A stretch of 63,868 bases of DNA, the filler included, from Craspedostauros australis (lineage: Eukaryota), in NCBI GenBank assembly GCA_030167865.1. It is 20 parts of 20 records of this genome, joined end to end, with 100 filler letters (N's around TTAATTAATTAA, not from the genome) between each part and the next. Parts side by side here need not be neighbours in the genome. Positions count along the whole stretch, not along the records: positions 13,204 to 14,855 come from JALAGF010002715.1; positions 14,956 to 15,999 come from JALAGF010002716.1; positions 16,100 to 17,239 come from JALAGF010002717.1; positions 17,340 to 24,385 come from JALAGF010002718.1; positions 24,486 to 26,139 come from JALAGF010002719.1; 15 more parts are not named here. One strand, 5' to 3'. The position numbers were made by a program, and so were the translations under genes. This document shows, in pieces, positions 13,204-25,673 of this stretch (the stretch's first letter is position 1; each line of letters opens with the position of its first letter). The notes beneath the pieces were generated by a model. The model saw nothing but the letters and a program-made list of their open reading frames with translations, had not been told where the DNA came from and searched no databases.

Positions 13204-13518
13204 TACACTGCAGTGTAACTACATGTGCGGAGAGCAAAGTACTGTATTGATTGTCTACTCTGTTGCACTGAATCAAGTGCATCAGTGTGGGGTCTCGCCA
13301 AGTTGTGTGGCATCGTTTCTTCACCCTACTAACACCAATAAGCTAACTCATAATAACAGACAAGGATTAGCTACAAAGCACTCTACTNNNNNNNNNNNNN
13401 NNNNNNNNNNNNNNNNNNNNNNNNNCTCTCTTGAACTGCATCACACGGCTATCCCGAAGCCGGCAGATTCACGAGGCATTCTCCACCGATTCGCGACGCC
13501 TACGCCCGAATCCTAACT
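13204..13518. mobile_element. Partial copy of LTR-like element family A (right end ...GAATCCTAACT)
   Basis: Colinear and highly similar to 39156-39471, including the palindrome TACACTGCAGTGTA. Similarity ends at CCTAACT(A). Confidence 0.85.
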
Positions 13519-13857
13519 AGCATCGTCGCCATCTCCATGGATACGAAGGAGAAAGCGACTGCCATGAAGGACGCAGTTGTCGACAAGAGCGATGCAGAGC
13601 TGAAGCTTCCATTGGCGTACGGCCTCACTGCAGAGCAGGCCAAGGAATGGCGACTGTACATGTCAGCTGGTCGCCCAGATACTGCCGAGCCCCGCGTATT
13701 TTCGGAGCCTGGTCTGTTCGTGGTGGACGGCAACAAGAACCTGTTCTTCGAGGTGTCGCATTTGGCATCATTCAGCTCTCCGAACATCGAGGAGTTGGTC
13801 GGTGGTCTATTGTGGGCTTGCGTCAACTACTATCCGGCTCGTGGTCAGATGCACTAA
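13519..13857 (+). pseudogene. C-terminal half of an AhpC/TSA peroxiredoxin-like protein, cut off from its 5' half by element A
   Basis: In-frame SIVAISMD..LAYGLTAEQAKEWRLYMS..EPRVFSEPGLFVVD..YPARG matches the peroxiredoxin-like family. The frame begins at the element terminus, and the N-terminal CxxC half is absent. Confidence 0.8.
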
Positions 13858-15370
13858 TTACCTTTCAATTGAATGTGCGGGTGGGCCACAGTTGTTGCAT
13901 GTGGCTATGCGGAGACTGATTTCACAATGAGCGAGTCGGACAGGAAGTGGATGTACCATACCATACGCAAGACAATCCACAAAATTCTTCTGTCTGCATG
14001 CATGATTGGCTGAATGGGTGGACCGCTGAATCAAGTAACGTATGTATAATGCTGTGGAACGAAACAATGAAGCACGCGACGAAAGATAAGAGATCATAGA
14101 ATAGATCTCCCGATGATTCGCCATTGCACACATGCGTTGCGAATGGATGAACAATCACGCTCATCAGTGGCTGGCTTTACCTCTGGCGTTGTCTTGGGCG
14201 TCGTCGTTCTTGGATACAGGACGATGACAGTCTGGTGCCCATCCAACACATGGACAAGAGCATCACTGCCGGTACCTGATCTAGGCACAACGCTGTCATA
14301 CTATCATGTTTGCAGATGAGCACAATACTCCATTCGAATAGAACTGTAGTGCTGCAGAGCGTTCCTCTCAATGATTGTATTATATAATAGATACGTCCAA
14401 GTACGTATTGGTGATCCGAGTGGCCATTGGACACATACCGCCACATGTCAACGACGTCGCCTCAACTCGTCCTCGACTCTGTCGTGCTATTGTCGGAGCG
14501 ATGCGCTTCCTTTTTCTGCGAACAATCGAGTTGAGATAAGAATGCACCAGGGATGATGACGGGAGTGACTTGTTTTTTGGCTATAGATTTTGGCAACGCA
14601 TCAACAACCAACTCATCTCCTCGCATGTGTGTGTGCGCACCATTCCAACACCCATCTCTCTTCGCCTATTGGCTTTGATCTTGTGTAGTAACTGTTCTAA
14701 TANCTTTTAACGAAGTATTGTCGGGCATCGCCCGACACTTGTTAAAACTACTTTTTGACACGGGGAGGATCCCTTGTGCTTGCACAATATCCATCCAAGG
14801 ATGGTCCTGGCATTTCACACACCGCCTTGACTGTCCACCACCCCCCATCCAACTCNNNNNNNNNNNNNNNNNNNNNNNNNNNNNNNNNNNNNNNNNNNNT
14901 TAATTAATTAANNNNNNNNNNNNNNNNNNNNNNNNNNNNNNNNNNNNNNNNNNNNCACGGTCCTGGTTGACATTTTCCATCGGTCATCCTTCGCCTCGGA
15001 TTAAGTACGGTCATCTTCGCGTTCATCAATCGGGAAATTTACACGGTCCCGTCTGGCCTTCCATCCGTCGGTCAGTCACAATTCGAGACATCACGCACGG
15101 ATTAACCGCAGTCCACTCGTGACATCACACTACCGCTGACGCCTTCGCCATCACTGGCGCTTTGCATCCGGCACCACTTCCATTCCCGACGAATTCCGAC
15201 AAGCGCAGAAATCCACCGTCACATCCCAGCGAACGCTTCGACATCACAGCGGATGGCACAGTCATTTCCAAGTGTGACCACTTTCCTGGGAGCTGCGGGA
15301 ATATACTCGTCTGGTAATAATAGCAACAAATTGAACCAACAACCACATCCTCGCAACACCCAGCTACACG

Positions 15371-15999
15371 ATGTCCAACGCAATCCCAATCAACGACNCC
15401 ATCCTGGCACACGTCCTCAGCGTTCTCGGATATGACGACTCGTCCAATGAGTGGCTTATCTTGCATACCGAAGAGATCCGAACCATCATGGATTTCGCTT
15501 CGCTCCATCGCGAAGACATGCTTGAGATGAACGCCACCATCCAGGTGCCTGATCCAGAACCCGACTACGTAGCCCAACTGTCTAAGGTAGCAATCCGGAA
15601 ATTCACGAATGCCATTGGCTGGTTCAGTGCTCAACCTAACCCCACTGCAGAGACATGGCTAGATCTCACGGAAGCCTTGTACATGGAGTATGTCGCCCGG
15701 ACGTTCGTACCCTCGCCCGCATCCTCAGCCGCCATGCCTGACGCAACCACCAGTGCATTCCCCTTCGGACCAACGAAAACCGAACCAACGGAGAAGACCG
15801 GACGCGACCTCGCCGCAGACTTCAACCGCAGCATCAAACGTAACATTNNNNNNNNNNNNNNNNNNNNNNNNNNNNNNTACTTCGCTACATTCCATCGTCG
15901 TCTGCGTGCCACCGCTGCTGCTCATGGCATCTCCAATGTTCTCGATGTTGACTACACCCCGCCCGATGAACAAGCCGAGCTCTTCAAAGTGCAGTCCAC
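15371..15999 (+). mobile_element. gag: Ty1/Copia (CoDi-type) gag N-terminal region, truncated by contig end
   Basis: ADFNRSIKRN..F.TFHRRLRATAAAHGISNVLDVDYTP..ELFK resembles diatom Copia gag. It is preceded by a C-rich leader. Confidence 0.75.
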
Positions 16000-16099
16000 N
16001 NNNNNNNNNNNNNNNNNNNNNNNNNNNNNNNNNNNNNNNNNNNTTAATTAATTAANNNNNNNNNNNNNNNNNNNNNNNNNNNNNNNNNNNNNNNNNNNN

Positions 16100-17239
16100 G
16101 TCTCGTTTGATCTTGCTGTACACTTTGCGTGTGTCCATGGAGTCGAACTCTTTCTTGATGGCTGCTCGATATCCCTTTTGATGGATGGGATCTGGGTGAT
16201 TGAAGGCTCCATCGAATGTCGTTGGTTCGATGTGCTTCTCTGGTTCCTTGTTCTCGTCCTGCATCGACAGTCCAATGTCGATCGCTGGTGCGTCGGTGAT
16301 GATTGCATTCATTCCATATAGTCCTGTTGTGCTATGGTGAGTGATCTCGATCTCTCCTTCATCTGCGATTTCTTCGTCATCTGTAGTTTCGTTGTTGGAG
16401 TCGTCGGTCACCTCGTCGCTGAGTTCATCACTCGCGTCATCGGATGATGGATCGCTTTCATATCCTTCTTCCTTTCGACCTCGTTCGTTGAAGTCTGCGA
16501 GCTCACGTAGAGCTCTGGGAATGCTCTTCCCTGTAGTTGACTTGGGATTAGTTTCTCCCTTCCTGCCTCGTGCTTCGTGACGTCGGATCCTCTCCTTTCT
16601 AGCTTTATCACGCTTGTTTGGCTTGCTCGGTGGAGGTCTGGAAGGTGTACCATGTGTAGATCTCGCTGGTGTGTTCGGAGGAGTGACGCTTGTGTCATCG
16701 TCGGCTTCGTCGCCGGATGGTGTGATCTCGTCATCCTCATGATTGGATTCGCTCCGATCTTCCTCGTCGTTATGGACCAATTGAGTTACTACTCCGTCGT
16801 CCTCATTATCCTCGTCGTCGCTGTCTGATAGGATATAGTACATGTTGCTGTCAGCAAAAGATACTCTCTTTGCTTCCGATGCTTGACGCGTTGCCGTCCT
16901 TGGCATCGCTCCCTTCCGTCCAATGATTGTTAAGCCATCTGCGTCCGTTGTTCCTACTTCGTTGGATATGTTTGGTGCTGGTGTCCAGCCACGGAACTGT
17001 CCGTATGATTGGTTGAGCCATTTGATGTCGCGAGAGCAGATGAGTGACTTGGTTGATGGTCTGTACATGTTGTAGACCCCTGATGCGTGTTGGTGTGCAT
17101 ATCTGATGAACACCATCTCTTCTCCTCTATTCTTGAGTTTGGCGGTGATCCCGCTGTAGGTAGTCTTCACAACACCCACCTCTCCAAATGTACGGAGTGC
17201 ATCCGCATATGGTGGATCGTTGCCGAAGAATTGTCGATG
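16100..17239 (-). mobile_element. pol: Ty1/Copia pol fragment: integrase C-terminal SH3-like region, acidic linker, start of RT
   Basis: LRTFGEVGVV..KLKNRG..FIRYA..YNMYRPSTK..SRDIKWLN, then EPTTFDGAFNHPDP..AAIKKEFDSM. Open across the whole contig. Confidence 0.92.
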
Positions 17240-18390
17240 NNNNNNNNNNNNNNNNNNNNNNNNNNNNNNNNNNNNNNNNNNNNTTAATTAATTAANNNNN
17301 NNNNNNNNNNNNNNNNNNNNNNNNNNNNNNNNNNNNNNNAATAGATGGCGAACAATGATGACACTGTAGTAGAGTCTACAATAGTACTGCATTGCACAAT
17401 CGCACTCTACTGAAGTCAACGCCACGCACTTCTCTTCCGCAAGATGAAGGAGCACTACCGCTTTGCAGACACACACACAAACTACCAGACAGACTAACAA
17501 GACAACACAAGATACTGACATGAAGGCATACCCTACAAGACCGATAGAACTGAAACNNNNNNNNNNNNNNNNNNNNNNNNNNNNNNNNNNNNNNNNNNNN
17601 NNNNNNNNNNNNNNNNNNNNNNNNNNNNNNNNNNNNNNNNNNNTTTTACCGCTGCTTTGTCCGTTGGGCATGGCCGGCGGACACATTTCCGCCTGGTCGG
17701 CGTGATGGCTGAATCCTTTCCGGTCGGAGTAGTATGAGTCTTATCGATGTCGTATGCGTCAGTGCAGTTGTCTCATGGCTGTGTTGTCGATGATTGGTCG
17801 TAGTGGCTATCGTGTAACGTCGTTTCAACGGTTTCATACATATCCCGGTTTGACCCAATTGCGCTCAGCTAGTTCCACTCACAAATTTGAGTTCCGTTGA
17901 CAACATGTGGCGCGAGATTGGTCCATAAATGGGTTGTTCTGAGCGACATCAAGACGACAACGTTGTTCTGTTCTTCCACAAAATTGGCGTTGGCAGGATC
18001 TTTCCAGGTGAACTGTTGGGGTGACTTCTCCACATTGTCATGTCTGGAGTTGAAGAACCTCGGCACACACAGTTCCAGCGAACGGCCACAGAGACAACAC
18101 CACGCCATGACACGTGACGCTCGTGCAAGCGACTCATCGTCGTATGCATGCTCATGCGCAGCAACCCACAGGTGTACGCATGGCTGCTCTGCTACTCTAC
18201 GACAGGTGCTTCCCACTCATCCACCTTCTTGTCCTCTCCACACAAGAGGGGAGCGTTCGCCACATGCGAAAAACCAACGAAGACGGCGGCTGGCGAAGGA
18301 ATGGCAGCAGTTCCTGTTGCTGTTCGTCCCTTCCTTCCTCGGACTCCAAATCATCTCATAAATTCTTCATCTCGTTGATGACGAAAAGCC

Positions 18391-21300
18391 ATGCATTCTC
18401 ACTTCCACCAACGAATCCTTGCTGCTGTGGTGCTTGCGGCGCTTGCCGCTACGGCAGTGGCATCCCCGGTGCCAAAGTTGACGGTGAGTACGAGCAAGAT
18501 GGCAACTGTCACTGTTGTCTCGACGCGTGGGGGTTCCTTCTTTGCTGGCATTCTCGCCTTGCCCCATCCGCATCCACAGACATACGCGTACGTGCATTCA
18601 ATTCAATGATCCCATCCTCAACTCAACCATGATTCTGCACCTTGCATTATACAATACATTACAACGCGTCACATCACATCGTGTCACGTCCTTCATCACA
18701 CAACCAACAACTGAATCTTTCAGGAGCCATGCCTCGTCTCGGCACGGATCATTAGCGCTGCCGGTGGAACGGATGCAACTGACTTATCTTGCATGCTCCA
18801 AGGCTCCGATGAGGAAGAACATGGGCCTGTGCATTTGACCATCGAAGGGCTGACGCCGGAATGGGCCAAGAACAACCAAGCATGGCCAACTTCCTCTTCC
18901 AAGTCCACCTTGTTTCTGGAGAATGTCATCATCGATGTCACCGACTTCTCCTTGAAGCTGCCGGACTTGACGACCGTCGATGACATGACGATCGAGCATC
19001 ATCAACCAAGCGAACAAAGCGATGGGCATGGACATGGACATGGTCGTTCTCTGAATACTCCTGATGTCTTTGGTTCTGGTGACAAGAAGTTCCTCCTCAT
19101 CCAGGCCGTCTTCCAAACCAACTACACAGTTCCCAAGTCCCTCATCAAAGATGAGATCTTCGGCGCTCAGCCCAACTTCACCGACCAGTTCGCGGCCATG
19201 TCTTTTGACAAGCTGAGGCTCTCCACCATGCCGACGAATGGGACAGATGATGGGATTTTGACAGTTGGGTTTTCACCTGATGTTGATCCCACCACTCTCC
19301 AGGCAACAGCAGTTGATAATCTCATCTCGCAATATCTGAAGCAGGAGGTGAAGATCTATGATGACTTTGATTTCTTCTTGATCATGGTCCCATTCTCGTT
19401 GGCTAGCCCCATTGGAACTGGTTGGATCTGTGAGTGCCGACAAGAACCACGCAACTTGTATCTCCGTGTCAACATTACGCACTGATATCGCGATGAGCTC
19501 GACCCGTGATCATCCTCCTATCTAACCCATCTCACTCCAGCGTGTAATACCATCTTTCTTCCGTGCGAATCAAACTCTCCCGATTATCAACGCGCGCACC
19601 GATGTAACCAACACACCACTGATTCACAGCGTACGCCTATTTCGACCAAAAGATCAGCGTGTACAACGGTATCGAAGAGTATCCAGGCACGCACTGGGCG
19701 GCCAACCTATACTTCATCCTCAACGGACTCGGTCGCAACTTTGGGCTTGACAATTCCAATCGGAACGGGGAAGAGTTCGGAGATCGCAGGTAAGCGCAGT
19801 CAATGCGCCAGCAGAGACAGAGAGAGAGGTTGGAGGCGATCTGTGACTTGCTGCATCAATCTTTGTGGACGGATGGACAACCGGACACAAGAACGCACAC
19901 AATCAAACTCCAGAGAGAGCACATTGGACGCGTCTGTCATGTTCTGGTCCTCATCACATGAGAGGAAACCTGTTTCTCGTTCGAAGCCCATCTAACCTCC
20001 GTCTTTGTGTATCCTCTTCCTCGTTGTTGACGTCCTCCGGTCAATGGATTCCGACCCCAACATCGACTATTATTCCGCAGCGGCGCGATGGGCGGAACAG
20101 TTTTTGGTCCATTTTTTAATGAAACGCTGAGCGATAAGGTGGGGTACAACGGTAAGTGCTCCTGCGTCGTCGCCTTGCGGAGAGCCAGGGCCCAAATGAT
20201 TCCATTGCAGGAGGAGTCGTGTCACCTCATCACATATGATGCGATGCGACACTCTACGTACGCTGTCTCACCAATCACTACCTTCTCCATCGTTTCGTTC
20301 TTTGCGTCCGCGCCAAATCATTTCACACCCTCCTGCCCATGCTGCAAACCAACTCCTTCAATACCATTACCCATGTGCCTGCCCCTCCACCAAACATAGG
20401 TGCCAAGAGCTGGGTGATGGGGTGGTACTCCGATCAGACCACATCGCTCACCGGAGGTCAAGACATCGACTTTGAGGGAAGGCTCTGCGGAGTGGTCGAT
20501 TATGACCCCGCTGACACCAGCTTCGACGTCATCATCCGAATTGACGATCCTGAGAGTGAACTGAACTACTACATCGCCTTCAACAGAGCCATCGGCTTCA
20601 ACGCCGATTCTCCACTGGGCAGGGATCAGGTCCTCGTGACAAGGGCACAAGACCACAGCACCGAGACTCGATCCTCTAATCTGGAGGCCATCCTGAACAC
20701 GACACAAACATCGTACAGAATTGATGCCCAGTCGTCTTTGTTGGATGGGATCGTTATTTCGGTATCCAACATCGATGATGACTCGACCACACCCATGTGT
20801 GTGACGGTGAGTGTGAAACTGGATTTCAGTCAATCGCCAAGTGAAACACCATCCGTTTCTATGGCACCATCATTGTCATCACCTCCATCGAATGTTCCGA
20901 GTGTGACCCCCTCGTCTGTCCCAACCGGAAGTTGTGGCACGTGGGATTCGACAGCGATCGCCGCCTCTCGCTTCGATGAGCGCATTGAGTCATTCAGATT
21001 CGATGTTCGCATACTGGACAGCATCGAATTCACCGCCATCAAGGTCGCCGTGGCTGCTGGATTCACCAACATGCCATACACGATCTTCTTCCGTCCAAGC
21101 ACCTGGGATGCCGATGGCACCTGGACTCAGATTGCATCAGGAAACAACGGAGAAACGGACTCGTCTGGCTTCACCCCCTCCCTCATATTTGATCAGCCCG
21201 TGGCGGTGTCTGCGGAGAATGACATTATATCCTTCCGCATTGACATGGCCGACAGGTTGAGGGATTTGGCTTCACCGTCTCCGTTTGTGATCCCAGAGGA

Positions 21301-22318
21301 CTTTGTCGTGTGTCCAGACTGCCCATTCGAGGTATTCACCGGACAAGGTAGCCTCGAAGTTGGAAACAACCCGCCTAATTTCAGCGATGGTTTCCCCTTC
21401 TTGTCCGGCATCCTCGAATTCTGTCGGGATTCGAGCACCGAGATGCCAACTGGATCTGCTTCCCCCACTACGACAACATCGCCATCAATCCAGCCATCCG
21501 CAGGCCCCACACAGGCACCAACAGACACCTGCCGCGACGCAAAAACAGCAGGTCTCCCAAGAGCATTCTTTGACGACACGGTCGCTTCAGTGCGACACGA
21601 CATTCAGATTCTGGATAGTGTCGACATCACAGGCATGAGGCTTGTCCTGCCATCGATGGGGAACCAAAATTTCACAATCTTCTACCGCCCAAGTACTTGG
21701 GATGCGCCCGGGAATTGGACAGAACTTGCATCGGGAATGATCGAGGCCAGAGGTGGTGGCAATTTCACAGATGTGATTGCATTCGACCAACCTTTGGCTG
21801 TGTCCAAAAGCGACGACGTGATCTCCATCCGCATCGATGCACGAACGAGCACAGGGAATGAATTCACGAACACCATCATTCCCATCCCTCCAGACTGGCT
21901 TGATTGCGACAATTGCCCATTCACTATCTTTGCGGGAACGGCGAGTGCTGTTGTCGGTGATTATCCTCCTCCTCTCTACGATGGTTTCTTTGAGTACTTC
22001 ATGGGTTCACTGGAATTCTGCAACGGCAACTCGATGATGCCGTCATCCGCGCTGTCATCCACGCCGTCATCCATGCTGTCGTCCACACCATCATCTGCGC
22101 CGTCATCCACGCTGTCGTCCGCGCCGTCATCCGCGCCGTCGTCCATACCGTCATCTGCGCTGTCGTCCGCGCCGTCGTCCTTCCCTTCCTCCCAACCATC
22201 TCACATGCGCAGCACGAAGGGGACGAAATCATACAAATCGGACAAGTCATCAAAGGAGAGCAAGACAAAGTCTCCCAAGTCATCCAAATCAAGCAAGTCG
22301 CCGAAGAGCTCTGAATGA
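18391..22318 (+). CDS. Secreted peptidase M11 (gametolysin)-like protein, catalytically dead, with two tandem C-terminal domains and a K/S tail; about 982 aa
   Basis: Exons 18391-18483, 18724-19429, 19630-19789, 20081-20151 and 20400-22318. All introns are GT..AG with compatible phases (total 2949 nt). Signal peptide MHSHFHQRILAAVVLAALAATAVA. M11 motifs GWISYAY..SVYN, DRSGAMG (Met-turn), NGAKSWVMGWY and YYIAFNRAIGFN. Confidence 0.88.
22030..22200 (+). repeat. Coding 12-bp (PSSA/LSST) tandem repeat, Ser/Pro linker
   Basis: Repeated (c/t)gtc(a/g)tccrcgc units. Confidence 0.85.
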
Positions 22319-22913
22319 GACCATTCAATGAGTATGGATACTCGTGCATCCAGCTCCTGTAGCAACAATGAAGGCAGATGTTGGTCTATCACCAAACCAT
22401 GGGACATTCCTTGACCACGGGATGAAGGATGCCATCGAAGCCCGAGGATTGAAGAATGAACAATCTACTCCATCATACAATACATGATAGCGTCTTCACA
22501 CAAGCACATGTAATATAATACATTGCAACCTGCCAAGCTCCTCCGTCCACATAGCTCGTATAATATATTCTATTCTATAATAATATAATAGAATAGTATG
22601 CAGGCCGCCCGCAGAATACTGTTTGTACGTATGGTAGGTGTGCTTGCTGCCATTTTGGTCGGATTCATGTTTACAACTGTTCCATGGTGATACGCTCTGG
22701 GCAGGAGCACTTCGTGAAATCCATTCTCATCCTCCATCGTAAAATGACCGCCAAGAGTTGGGATTCGTGTGTTGTTGCTGATGCGATTCGTTGAGAAAGT
22801 CTTGCGAACTGTTGGTTCCAGGATGACCGTTTTCGCCATCGTCGTCGCCATCGCCACACCCCAATACTCCTCCACATTCATCCTCTCTCTCTCTCTCTCC
22901 AGAGATCCTCGCC

Positions 22914-24385
22914 ATGGGCACTTTGACAAAGTCAACGAAGAAACAATATGCCGCCGTTGGGGTTCTGGTGTTGACGAGCTTGCGGCAAGCCATCCTCGTG
23001 CCGCAGTCCTTTGTTGATGAGCCGAGCGGTTTCTTTACTACGACGACAGCCTCCGATCGCAGCGACAGCAGATCGCCACAAAGCCGGCCTCCGATTGCTG
23101 CTGCGGAAATGCTGAGAGACTTTCCCGAGTTCATGCTGCAATGGCCGACCGAAGCAAATCTCACGGATCCGCTTGCGACCAGTCCACCGAAGCACAGGTG
23201 CAACATCTTCAACGCCAACATTCCACACAGATTCCAGATTACCAACCACTCAACAACCTACGACACCGATGCTGTCTTTGGCAGCAAGTCTCAGAACTTC
23301 CACGAAGCATGGCGAAGCAACAAGCAGGGCAGTGGAAGGGATGACACCGATGCAGCCGAGCATGCGAATATGCTTGCTAATGCCATGGCAGGTGCAGATG
23401 CACAATCCGACAGGTTACCTTCTGCCAACAGTACGACTACTGGTGCGATCATCAAGACGGCTGCGTGCGCCATCACCAACTTCACATTCTCCCACCACTT
23501 CCCACATCAGACGCAGCACACCGTCTCCTGCTGGTCGCTGTGGCAACACTTTCCGAACGCGGCACATGTCTTGATCTTGCGTCAAGAGGATTACGCAAAG
23601 TTCTCCAACGCTTCCACGTTTAGCAGGGGCATGATCCAAGTGCTGCANGCAAGTGGCGTCTCCATCCTCCAAACCACCGTCGACGACTTCGTGCAAAACC
23701 AAGCATCCAACATGGAAGAAACGGTCTTGGTGGAGACGCCGGCCGCCGATTTTCAGGGATTCGCGACGGCGCACGAAGGTGATATTCCAAGTTTGAGACA
23801 CAGTGCGCTGGCAGCATTCGGGCTGGATGGATACAGCAATGCATACTGCTCTCCCTATCTGTTGAGCGATGGAACCGCAACCGCCGCGAGCAATGGGACG
23901 GCAGGCGAGACCATCACCGAGATGCGCCAACCCCGCATCGCCATCGCCACTCGCGTTGAGACGCGATCGTTGATCGGCGCGCACACCATGGCCAGCCATC
24001 TGCGGGATCAGNTCAAGTTGNGGTACACGCCACCGGTTCTCTTGTTNGAGACGCTCTCGTTTCAGCAGCAAATCGAAGCCTTCAACAACGTCGATATCCT
24101 TGTGTCTGCGCATGGTGCGTTGCTCACCGGCATCTTTTTTATGCACCGATGCAGCGCAGTCATCGAGGTGTTCCCAACTGGATACGGCCGGACGCGGTAC
24201 TTTGGAACGCTGTCAGCAATCTCTGGTGTGAATCATTCCTACGTGTACCTGGGCAACGACATGGTCGCTGAGAGCGCCAGAAACAAGAGACCGAGGCAGA
24301 TCTGGAAAGCCAGGATCGCTCATTTGTGCGCACCGGTCCATGCGCTTGTCGAAGCTGTGCGCCTACAGATCGACCAATGGAACAA
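22914..24385 (+). CDS. Glycosyltransferase family 61 (DUF563) protein, 3' end lost in the gap
   Basis: N-terminal hydrophobic anchor; HFPH; PRIAIATR..RSL; LSFQQQIEAFNNVDILVSAHGALLTGIFFM..SAVIEVFP..YFGTLS, the GT61 signature region. Confidence 0.88.
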
Positions 24386-25195
24386 NNNNNNNNNNNNNNN
24401 NNNNNNNNNNNNNNNNNNNNNNNNNNNNNTTAATTAATTAANNNNNNNNNNNNNNNNNNNNNNNNNNNNNNNNNNNNNNNNNNNNTGAGGAAGTAACATT
24501 TTGGTGCTGTTGCGAATTGTGAGCTCTTCGTGTGTCGGGAAATGTCAAAATGAAGCGAAAACACAAATGTCAGCAAGGCAACTGCCATCATTGTCAGCAT
24601 GGTGCGTGAAAGAACTGCAACTTGGCAACAACGAAACAGTGTTTCCCCTCGTAGAACTCTGCTTGTCTCGTGGTAGAACAGTTGTTGTCACCTTTCGCCT
24701 TTGGGGAGCTGATCACACGATACGCCCTGCGACAAACGCGAACTGTTGTCCCCGCGATGCCACTCGATTGCGCAAGGGTGCTAAAGAAACCAGCATCCAA
24801 CGGACGACGAGGTCGTATTCTTTTCTTCATGGCCNNNNNNNNNNNNNNNNNNNNNNGGTGTATCCACGACTCTGTGTGGGTGGTCACTTGGAATGACGTG
24901 TGCGCTGTTTCGTTCGTCCCTGTACTGTAAGACAAGAGCACTGAGGAGGGCAGAGCGAACATGTTTGGAGTCGCCGGTCATCCTTTGTATTGGCAAACTC
25001 CTGCGTGCGCGATGTTGTCACCCACACTGAGGACTCCGGCAAGGGACTTGTGCGCAGTATGAACAATGATGGACCTACAGTCATGAGGATGCAAATACGG
25101 ACGGCAGGCTTGCATTGGCATCCGACGCATGGCGTGTCTGTGTCTTGCGAAAGTCGTGCTCATATCGCGTTCACGTCGCGCTCATGTCATGTCGA

Positions 25196-25673
25196 TTGCT
25201 GGTCGATCGTGTCTCGTTTGCTGGTCGATCGCCCCTCGTTTGCTGGTCGATTCTGCATCGACTTTCGCCTATTTCAGAACTTTCGACACGTCTCATACGA
25301 CATTTTTCCTTATGGAAGCGTGTCACTATTGCGTAGGTGACAAGGTTGCGAACGCTGCGATGCAAAACTCTCATGTCGATTGTGCTTCGGAATGCTGTCG
25401 TCAATCAACACCAAGCACTTCTGCTGAACAATATAGACAGTATGTTCCATCCGTCCTATCTACTCGCACATTATGCACCATACTGCCAATTAAAAGACAA
25501 CTATATTAGATATCATAGCATGGTGAACTATCGCCACATGTCACAGTGACAGATCTGCTGTAAATTTGTGCAAATTAGTACTGCTTCAGTGTCGTTTGCT
25601 GGTCGATCGCCCCTCGTTTGCTGGTCGATCGTGTCTCGTTTGCTGGTCGATCGCCCCTCGTTTGCTTGTCGAT
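25196..25673. repeat. Two clusters of a 22-bp tandem repeat TTGCTGGTCGATCG(TGTC/CCCC)TCGT
   Basis: About 2.5 units at 25196-25251 and about 3.7 units at 25592-25673, with the two variants alternating. Confidence 0.9.

Noticed and set aside
13511..13520. CTAAC-TAG at the element A end as a branch point plus acceptor that splices the element out of the peroxiredoxin gene
   Set aside because: The branch point is too close to the AG, and using the terminal GT would leave a 4-nt frameshift.
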